This document shows, piece by piece, positions 38,945-48,294 of a DNA stretch of 64,000 nucleotides. Source of the DNA: Paramoeba atlantica (taxonomy: Eukaryota; Protista; Discosea); assembly GCA_977017575.1 (NCBI GenBank), contig CDRNVI010000063.1, positions 558,001 to 622,000 of the forward strand, in the 5' to 3' direction. Position 1 is the stretch's first letter, and every line of letters starts with the position of its first letter. The notes under the pieces are model-generated. The model saw nothing but the letters and a program-made list of their open reading frames with translations. It searched no databases and was not told the origin of the DNA. The position numbers were made by a program, and so were the translations under genes.

Positions 38945-39930
38945 TCTTTAATCAAATGGTCTGGTGATCTGCAATTGTAACATTGCGCGCGATAAGTTCC
39001 GTACGAGGGGCGAAACGATTGTGAATATTGACCTGTTGATCCTCCTCCGAAATATGTCCCTGTTCGTCGTAGCGCAGAGAAAGAAGTGTACCGACTACGT
39101 TGCTTTTCACGCTCACTCAACTGATCTGTTACATGCTGATAGAATTTGTCGTGCGCCCGATCATCTTTGTCCATTTTTCGGTGAACCGCCTCCACGTCTA
39201 CCTTGCAAGCACGCCAGTAAGCATCACGTAGACTTTGGATTATCGCTTTCCCCAACTCCAAAAACGGACCTTCATTCCAGCCGGGAGTTTGGCGTGCCAA
39301 CAATATCCACTTTCCCAGCAACTGATCGAAATTCCGCTCCTGTTGCATCTGAAATGATTTGTCCTGATAATATTGATTCAATCTCAAACCATACTCGGGA
39401 GCTTCCTTTAATTCTCGAAAAAGGTCCTTAATTCGAAAGCCATCGTCGTTGCGTTGATCTATATGCCCCGGCCAAGTCACAGGTTCATACGGATCAATCT
39501 TGTAGGTCGCTACAGATCCAAAGGGCTGCACGTTAATAGGCAGGGGCCGTCCGCCTTCCAACGCACACTCTTGTCCTTCGCTCGAGTGTCCCAGTCCGTC
39601 TTCTAGATCAATGCGATAGTAATTTAACTCTTTGTGGGGAAATGGATACTCTCGATCTGGCTCCTCTTCCCATACCGCCCACATTTCCATCCCGACTCGA
39701 CGTACTTTCCCGTGGGATATTTGTTTCGCCGAAGTCGCCGCGTTCTTCCGATTCCATGCCGCCTTAATGTGCAACGAAGGATTCTGATCGCGGGAAAGAA
39801 GCAGTTGCTCACAAACTCTCGTCTTCACCACGGCCAACTCTTCTCTACTCATGGGGTTGTCTGGTACCACTGAAGGTTCACGGGACACGCTTCTCCGTGC
39901 CTCTATGGAGCTACGCGGCGACGGAGGCAT
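38863..39930 (-). CDS. Gag-like protein with a CCHC zinc knuckle
   Basis: CYNCRSPDHLIKDC; ATG at 39930. Confidence 0.8.
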   Translation of the reverse strand: MPPSPRSSIEARRSVSREPSVVPDNPMSREELAVVKTRVCEQLLLSRDQNPSLHIKAAWNRKNAATSAKQISHGKVRRVGMEMWAVWEEEPDREYPFPHKELNYYRIDLEDGLGHSSEGQECALEGGRPLPINVQPFGSVATYKIDPYEPVTWPGHIDQRNDDGFRIKDLFRELKEAPEYGLRLNQYYQDKSFQMQQERNFDQLLGKWILLARQTPGWNEGPFLELGKAIIQSLRDAYWRACKVDVEAVHRKMDKDDRAHDKFYQHVTDQLSEREKQRSRYTSFSALRRTGTYFGGGSTGQYSQSFRPSYGTYRAQCYNCRSPDHLIKDCPYKRTSPPDFRQRTAGNAPQGGKSL

Positions 39931-40112
39931 AATAATAAAAAGTTTCAAAGGATAAAAACGCGCTCTATTACCAGTTCACTGTATAATGCTTTGTGTCACT
40001 ATATAAACTAGTTTATGAATAACAAACGTACAATGCCCGTCGGCCAACTAACGTAAATATAATTCTCAGAAATCAAAATTTCCATTGTACAATTCTTTTC
40101 GTAAACTTTTAG

Positions 40113-40270
40113 TAGTATATAAAAGGGGTTAAAAAAGATAAGCTGGCTGCTCGCGCTCGATCTGGTCAAATCTTCGGATTTGACTTGCGTGCTGCGTGGC
40201 ACAGCTCCTAGCAAGCGATAAGGGGGGGCTTGTCCTAGGGAGGTAACATCTCCACGGAGATATATTGCCT
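40113..40270 (+). ncRNA. Candidate structured RNA-like module (inverted partner at 46233-46398)
   Basis: GTCAAATC-TTCG-GATTTGAC hairpin with a C(UUCG)G loop, plus three further hairpins. Present twice at high identity. Confidence 0.4.
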
Positions 40271-40489
40271 TTTTTCAATCCTGAATTACCTGAACCTGGA
40301 AATAAACTTCCACAAGTGTGAAATCTTTATGAGACATGTTCACCTTCCCCCCTTCTCTCAATTTGGAATAGCATTTATTTCATTTCGTTTGAAGCTACGC
40401 ATCGTTCCATTCACATGGTAAGATCAACAATTTTCAATAATCGAAAACCAAATTATTACTGATTTGTCGCAATGGCATACCTAGTATGG

Positions 40490-42680
40490 TTAAATTGTGC
40501 ATTCGCTTTCTTGCTTGTCTCGTCCGAGATATTTCTTTAACTGTGTGTATGCGACAGCGCCGTTAAGTTCTTGCAAGAGAAGTTAAAACTCCTCTTTTAT
40601 TTGTTGTGGGGGACGTCCGCTGGCATCCGCCAGTGCCGTAAGCAGAGCTTGTGTGTCCGTGTGCATAGAGCCTCCTGATAATATGGGAATGCATTTAAAG
40701 GATTCTTCAGCTATTTTGCCGGTTTTAACGTAGGTATCATGTTTTCGTTTACAAGCCTCTCGAAATAGATTGGCGCATTTAACTGCGAGATTGGAGGGTG
40801 CTAGTTCATGGACGATTGTCAAGTCATAGTAGATTTCTCCACCTGCCCAATGAACAACTAAGTCGGGTCCTGATCGGCGAAACGATTTGCCGCCGCATGT
40901 TTTTTCGTGTGTCCTCTTGTGACTCGGGTCGACGACCTCATCGCATTGTGTGCACCGGAGGGTAGAGAAGGTGCGCGGCTCTTTCTCGCACGGAATACCG
41001 GTTTTCAAGCACAATTCGTAGAGGAAGTTTACCAATGTGCTGTGTTTGACCGTTGCATTTAACCCTGCGCATTTGGAACATCCTGTGACGTGTCGTATCA
41101 TATTGTCGGAGTTCAGCAGAATTTTACAACCAGGACAGACAATGTGGGAAGGTAGATCTGGATGTGGAATTCCTAGCCTTGGCATTATAGCGAGCCGAAA
41201 GAGATGGGGTGGAATAAGTCTTGCATTTGAAAGTACCCATTCATTGTTTCCTTTATAGGCTACTTTTTCGAGAATTTTCGATATGTCTGAGGTACCGCTC
41301 GTTAGCCTTTTCCACGTCTTTGAGTGTATCTGAGCTGCGGTGGCTGTTTCGTCGTTGGGAGGTATGCTCGCGTTTTGTCGGTTGTCCGGGGCGTTCGGCT
41401 TCACTAGAGTATCGGCTCGAGCTGAATTGTTGTTTCTTTGCTCAAGAACCGAATGTCTTGAAGACTCGTATGCTGCGCCCCTGGTCGGTGCACACGCCGT
41501 TAAACCCAGTCCTCCTTTCTTTGTCGGCAGTCGTAGAATTGATATTTGATCTTCGACAAGATTTCCAAACCATGCTTCAGCCACCCTCTCAGTTTCCCTG
41601 TCGAAATTATCTGCCAAGGCTTCGGAAGCGATGGGGTTGTGCACGCGCATTTGGTATCCCTGCCGCACATTAACGCACATCGACAGCAGTTTGCAAGACA
41701 CATTGCTAGGGCCCATGCGCTTGAGACGTCTGAAGATGTCATCATGTTTCTCCAATGATTGTAGCAAGCGCTGACTTACGATCTCGTTATCCCCAATGAA
41801 CGCGCCAAGAATTTTTATTGCTTGTTCCTCGCCTGTCACTCCAGCGTCCCGTAACTCTAGTGGCATGCTTTCTTTTCGTATTTCCCCAAACCATATGCAT
41901 TTTTGATTGGCTACGACCAAGTTCTGTTCTGCCAGCAGCTCCCGTAGATCCAGAAAAGCTTCTGTGAGCTCTTTGGGGTTATGGGAGGCTAAAGTGATAT
42001 CATCTACATAAGCACTGATCTTGATTTCCGGGTACTTCGAGGCCAATGTCTCCAACACTGGTTGGAGGAAGGCACAGAAGTACACAGACGATAGGGTTGA
42101 ACCTTGTCGCACACCATTTGTGCTTAGAATAGTCCCCACATGTTTACCGTTGTGTCCGTAATATAGAAGCTCAGACGCAGCCGAATATTCGGCATGAAAA
42201 AACCTCTGGAACGGTTTGAGCGTAGCTAATCCGTAAATCCCTTTGGCGAGGTCGCTTCGCGATGGAGCGTTAAAGGCGTTTTTGATATCAACTGACATAA
42301 TGCATGAACCTTCGTGATAAAGGGAGTTCAATGTATGAACCACTTTTTCGCAACCGGCCTTCGCCAATACTCCTTGTTGTATTGGTGCAAACAGCGGTTG
42401 GAGCGTCGACTCAAAGCGTTGAACCAGGACCAGCCCTGCCAGCTTCATCAATACCTCCCCAATTGCTACCGGTCGGACTCCACCGTTGGCTTTAGGAATG
42501 GCGATGAGTCTAGCTCTCGTCAAGCGTCGCATTACTTCTTTTGAAAGAAAACCGTTTATGAGATCCATGATCATGTGGCAGAGACTCTCGCAGCATACCG
42601 GATCGTCTATTAGGATTCTGACGATTGTATCCGTCGTGCCCGTGGGTCCTGGACTTGCTCCTTTGGCAAGGCGTAGGCCG
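40490..42680 (-). pseudogene. 5'-truncated group-2 RT-RLE with a premature TAA at 40583
   Basis: GASPGPTG, RPVAIG, DIKNAFN, GVRQGS, AYVDD, RSGPD. The frame continues LLLQELNG..TI* to 40490. Confidence 0.85.
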
Positions 42681-42744
42681 TAACGTAAATATAATTCTCA
42701 GAAATCAAAATTTCCATTGTACAATTCTTTTCGTAAACTTTTAG
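42681..42744 (-). repeat. 64-bp partial copy of repeat A (its outer end)
   Basis: Identical to 40049-40112. Confidence 0.88.
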
Positions 42745-45243
42745 AAGAATGATGAATGTACTCGAGGTTCTATAACATGGGGCACCCCTGCTTTGGCACA
42801 CAATTCACCTAGGAAACGGACTAATCGTGTGTGCTTCTTCGTTGCATTTATCCCACAGCATTGTGTACATCCAGGAATGTGCTGGAAGATGGTATCAGAA
42901 GAATATTCTGTCAGGCATCCCGGGCATACCACACTCTTAGGCATATTTTCTGGCACTATTCCCAGGCGCATCATTATACAGAAACGGAAGAGGTACGGAT
43001 TGATGTAGTTGCTGGTTGATTGCAGGTGGTGAAATGATGCGGATCCTCGCTCCATTAGTTCTTTGAGGCGCATGTCCTTTCTCAGCTCGGTTGCAAATCG
43101 TTTTTGTTCAGATCGTATTGCTTTCATGACTAATCGCTTGGAAGTATCATTCTTCTGGCTGTCACGTTCGTTCAGAGCCCTGTTTCGCTTGGATCCCGCT
43201 ATGACCACCGGAGCGTTATTGGTTTTGGATTGCTCTTCAATGGCTTTGCGAGACGCTTGGAAAAAGTGCTTTTGCTTCAAACATGACGGAGTAAGTCCGA
43301 GTCCGCCGAGATATTGCGGAAGCGTGGCGAGTTTTGCAGTAGGGCCCGTTGCATTAAACCAATGCTGAATAATACTGCCTACTTCCGCGTCGAACTGCTG
43401 GGCGATTTCAAGGGATGCTTCGGGCTTGTGTACTCGGAGGTGATAGTCTTGACGGGGGATGGCGCACCGATTCAGAATTGCGAGGGATAGGTTGCTCGGT
43501 CCCATGAGTCGAAGACGGCGAAAGAGACACTTGTGTTTGTCCATCTTTTTCTTTAGGCATTCACTTACCATCTCGTCCTGTCCGATATATGCACCTAGAA
43601 TTTTCACTGTTTCTTGCGGGCAGGCTACCCCCATCGCTTGCAGAGTTTGGGGCGTCCATGGAGTGTCTGTTTTCTTGAACCATTCGCATTTCTGGAAGTT
43701 CATTTCCAGTCCCAGAAGTCGTGAAGATTCGTGCAGGTGTAGAAAGGCGGTCTGCAAGGATAGGGGATTTGTTGATGACAAGGTTATGTCGTCCATGTAC
43801 GCTCGAACCGTTACATCTGGAAAGGACTCTTCGATTTCTTTGAGCGAATCCTGTATCAGGGCACAGAAGTATAGTGACGAAAGCGCTGAGCCCTGTCGAA
43901 CGCCAGAAGTGCTCTTCACGATCGAATGGAGCGAGTTATTGGCAAAGAAGAGCAGATCAGACGAGTCCCCGTACTCAAGATTAAAAATCCGCATGAAAGG
44001 TTTGAAGATGCCGTCTTTCTTGAGTGCTTCGAAGATTGCTTGACGCGCGAAATAATATTCCGGAATTCCATAATCAAAGTAACTTGTGAACGGGAAGACC
44101 CATCCCCTCAGCTCGCAGCCAACCAACCCGAGCACACGTCACGTCGCGTAATTCATACCCGAGCACGTGTCAGTAATTACTCGAGCACGTGTCCAATTAC
44201 TCGCTACCGACTGACTCGTCCGCCCCCCCTTTTTTTTTTTTTTTGTTTTCCTGATGATTCTATGTAAAAAGTTTTTTTGCAAATAATTGGGGGGAATAGT
44301 ATTGAGTCTAACTTTTTTTTTTTTGATTTATCGTGTATTCAAAATTCACCGTTAAAGATTTCCTATTTTTTTTAACGCACCTCGCTAACGGCATTCAACT
44401 GGTATTCACAGGGCCGTTTCATCTCCATCGACCGGTACCAAGTATTTCCTAAACGCGTGGGGGTATTGTAGGCATTCTTATAATCGATCGCCAAGATGGC
44501 GTGTCCCTTGTCATATTCATCGAGCACCTCGTGAACAATTCCCTCGCACGCATTCTTTTGGAGGATCCCTCTTTGGACAGGCTGGAAAAATTTCTTCAGT
44601 TTCTCTTCGTTCCTGTTTAGAAGGATCGAGCCACATACTTTCAATAGAGTCTCCCCAATTGCAATCGGTCGTATTCCGTTCTGCGGTTTGTTGATGGCCA
44701 TTAGTCGACATCGTGTCAGTCTGTCACGCACCGACGATGCGATCTCCCCGTTCACTACATCGCGTAACATATGGCAGAGCGCGGTGCTGGATTCCTCGTC
44801 ATCCGCAAGTAGGCGCAACATGGCTTCACTCAATCCCGTAGGGCCCGGGGAAGCTCCCGGAGCCAGTTTCTCTATCGCGGCCCGAAGTTCGTGTTTTTCG
44901 ATGATTCCTGTTCGGGGGTCTGCGTCCGTCTGAGCTTGTGGGCGCTCTCCATCGGGATGTAGACTCTTGAGCTCCGCTACTTTCTCCTCAACGCTAAGGT
45001 TCGAGTCAAAATATACGTTGTCGAGGATACGCGTAGCTTTGCTTAGGTTACCAGCCCTAGCCGTTCGAAGCGCACTGCGGATTGATCGGCGGTCGACTTC
45101 ACGTTCAAGTTTCTCGTCAGGTGAGGAGAACGCCGGCTCCTCGTTGCGCAATTTGTTTGGCACATGATACTTCCGCTGGATCGCTTGTCGCACAGTGGTG
45201 AGTGAGTCGCGGGGTGCGTTTAGAAACTTGTGCCAGACGGATG
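42745..45243 (-). pseudogene. Group-2 element E, RT region (5'-truncated, interrupted at 44048-44452)
   Basis: ORFs 44372..45193 and 42741..44135 rejoin as YNTPTRQAIFEAL. Motifs GVRQGS and AYMDD. Confidence 0.82.
44048..44452. mobile_element. 405-bp non-coding insertion with a 5-bp TSD
   Basis: ACGCG at 44043-44047 and 44453-44457. Internal T tracts and three CGAGCAC(A)CGT repeats. Confidence 0.7.
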
Positions 45244-46157
45244 TTTTTTTTTTTACGTCATCGATGTATGAAACTTACGAACGGGCATCCAAAATCAAAG
45301 TTATAAATGAACAAAAACAGAAACGTTCTCACGATTCTGCATAGGCGGAAGAGGGGGAAGAGTAGTAGTATGAATGAGAAACCTAAACAACGGTACGATC
45401 ATCAAGGAAACTAGCAACATTCGTAACAAAATTAGATTTCATTGAAAATCTAATATTAGGATTATGAATAAAATAGGATTAGGATTCGTGGGAGGAGGAA
45501 AGGGGGGAGAGCTCGCTGAGGTCTTTCTCTAGGCAAGAGAAAGAGTAAAGAAAAGAGAGAGAAGGGAAGGGAGAAAGACAGAAAGCTCTGTTCGCATTTG
45601 AGGAACATTTTTGACCTAAGATCGAAGTCCTCCGATCCAGTTCTCCTTCGGGATGTAATGACGAAGTTGCGAAACAACCGTGTATGCCGTCATCTTTTCG
45701 ATTTCGAGCTGAAGGGCTTGCCGTACGTTTTCGTATTTTAACTGGGCTCGGTTCGCCAACGCCTTCAACAGCACTTTCGTGTCGTTATGTAGTAGGCCAC
45801 AATCAGTTGTGGCCAGGCAACGAAAAGAATCGCTATCGACGCCTTTTTCTACGACGTATTTCTTGAACTTCTTATCAATAACTTGCTGCATCAGTGCTGT
45901 GCTAGTTTGTTTGGCATAGCTGGCGCAGCAAGTGTGAACAACGGTGAAATCGTACAGGATGTTTTCTCTGTTATAAGCTTGAGCGTGGGATATCCTCGCA
46001 GGATTGATCTAAAGATTGCTATGACGTGAGCGGCAAACGTGGGGTCGATGTGGGCGAGTGGGGGAAGAGGCTCCAAGTCGCATCCCGTGTCACAATCTTG
46101 TGTTTCTTCGATATCCAAAAATGGCGTTTGTGTCACAATACGGTTGAGCTTTACCAC
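45244..46157 (-). pseudogene. Group-2 element G remnant: pre-RT fragment fused to the RLE C-terminus, 3'UTR and poly(A)
   Basis: ORFs 45891..46157 and 45616..45891; poly-T at 45244-45254. Confidence 0.7.
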
Positions 46158-46232
46158 CCGTAATCGGAAGATGTTAATCTTGTGAGATAGATATGATATG
46201 GTATTGTGAGGTAGATATGATGATGATGATTT

Positions 46233-46398
46233 TTAGGCAATATATCTCCGAGGAGATGTCACCTCCCTAGGACAAGCCCCCCCCTTATCGCTTGCTAGGA
46301 GCTGTGCCACGCAGCACGCAAGTCAAATCCGAAGATTTGACCAGATCGAGCGCGAGCAGCCAGCTTGTCTTTTTTTTTAACCCCTTTTATATACTACA
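46233..46398 (-). ncRNA. Second copy of the structured module
   Basis: Reverse complement of 40113-40270 with few differences. Confidence 0.4.
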
Positions 46399-46502
46399 AG
46401 AAAATCTTCTTTATGAAAAAAACACTTCTTTTGAAGTGAAAAAACACAACACACTCCAAAGATTATGCTGAATGACACCCACCCTAGTTCCTTAGTACCT
46501 TG

Positions 46503-46750
46503 TTATAGAGCAGGTAGATATAGAAATCCTGATGGACCTGGCTGATGCTGCGGTGTGTAGGAAATCTTTACCCTGATTGCACCTTTTCTAGAATGTCGCG
46601 TAACTTCTCCAATCGACTGATAAATCTCACTGCTGTGGCGGAATTTCCAATGTAGCTCGCAAGTAGTTCCTTTTCCCCAGTCGTTGATTATCTTTAGTAT
46701 TTGGTCCGGAGCTTTCATTGTTTCTTCGGCGACCTGTATGCTGAATTTCT
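46503..46750 (-). pseudogene. Fragment encoding the CRE N-terminal beta-rich module
   Basis: KGTTCELHWKF..SIGEVT..KGA..Y..LP aligns by eye to KGAMCTIAWTF..SIGKVT..KGA..Y..LPP in element J. Confidence 0.65.
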
Positions 46751-46976
46751 CTTCAAAAAAAAAAAAAAAACAAAGACCAAGACCACCTTCCTTCACCGGT
46801 AACCGAGCCAACGCTTTTTGGTGTATGTCCAGCGGTCCGAACCATTGTGCAATTCTTTTCGTAAACTTTTATAGTTTTTTTTATTTCATTCTTATATTAT
46901 ATGTTCTTAGATTCTCAGCGTTAGATTCTCAGCGAATTGAAATCAGTGCACTGGCGAAGGCGCATTGTTCCGTGCT

Positions 46977-48294
46977 TTAGAAGGCATATTCCCGACTTTT
47001 GTCCTCCTTGCGAAGGTATCGACTCAGCTGTGAATATGCTACCGCCCCATTAAGCTCCTGCAACAATAGCTGAAATTCGGCATAAAGGCGTTTGCGCTGC
47101 ATTCCACAGGCATCTGCGAGAGCATCCATAAGAGCCTTCGTGTTTGAATGCATTGCACCCCCTGAGAGGACAGGTATACATTGAAAGCTTTCAGCCATGA
47201 TCTTCCCGGTCTTGACGTATGTGTCATGTTTTCGTCGACAGGCGTCGCGGAATAAATGTGCACACTTTGTGTCAAGGTTTGAGGGTGCCAATTCGTGGAT
47301 GACTGTTAGATCGTAGTATATCTCGCCGGTTGCCCAATATATAACAATGTCAGGACCGGACCGATGAAACGACTGCCCACCACACGTTTTCTCGTGAAGT
47401 TTTCGGTGATTGGGGTTAACGATCTCGTTACATTGTGTGCAGCGGAAAGTTGACAGTGCACGGGGCTCCTTTTCGCACGGAATGCCTGTTTTCATACAGA
47501 GTTCGTAAATGAAGTTGACCAGAGTGTTGTGTTTAGTCGTGGCATTGAGACCACCGCATTTTGTACAGCCCATGATGTGTGTCAAGATTGAATCAGTGTC
47601 AAGAAGAATTCTGCAGCCGGGGCATGTGATGTGTGATGGCAGATCTGGGTGAGCGATTCCCAATCGGGGCATGACGGCGAGACTGAACAGGTGTGATGGT
47701 ATGAGTCGCGCGTCAGAGTGCGTCCATCCGTTATTGCCTTTGTGTGTTACTTTTTCGAGTACCTTCGCTACGTTTGATTGCTCGCGGGTCATCTTTTTCC
47801 AAATTTTGATGTGCTTTTGAGCCGCCGTCGTGGTTTCGTCTACCGGAGGTATGTTGCTCTGAAGGTGGTCCGCTGATCCAACATTTCGCTCCCTGATTCC
47901 ATCTGTCCGAGCTGAATTGTTTATGGGGCGCTCAAGAACAGAGTGGCATGAGGAGCGGTACGCGGCCTCTCGCGTGGAAGAGCAGTCTGTCAAGCCAAGT
48001 CCTCCTTTTTTTGTGGGCATTCGCAGCAACGCGATTTGTTCATCCGAGAGATGTCCGAACCATGATGTAAGAACGTTTTCTACCTCTTTGTCGAATCGGG
48101 TCGCTAGTTCAGCTGAAGCGGTGGGGTTGTGTGCACGGAGGTGGTAGGCCTGTCTAACGTTTATACATCTGGAAAGCAGATTGCACGATACATTGTTAAC
48201 CCCCATCAATTTGAGCCGTCGGAAGCTGTCGTTGTGCTTCGTCAGTGACTGTATTAGGCGTTCGCTGACCGATTCGTCGTCCCCGATGAAAGCC
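46977..48294 (-). pseudogene. Group-2 element J, 3' segment (RT thumb, CCHC, RLE)
   Basis: AFIGDDESVS.., CPGC..H..GC..C, RSGPD. Continues from 52968 across the LINE insertion. Confidence 0.85.

Larger units (their letters stand above)
33877..40112 (-). mobile_element. VIPER/Ngaro-type tyrosine-recombinase retrotransposon with split direct repeats
   Basis: Order is A1(39937-40112), gag, YR, RT/RH, B1(34338-34598), A2(34164-34339), B2(33877-34137). Confidence 0.88.
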
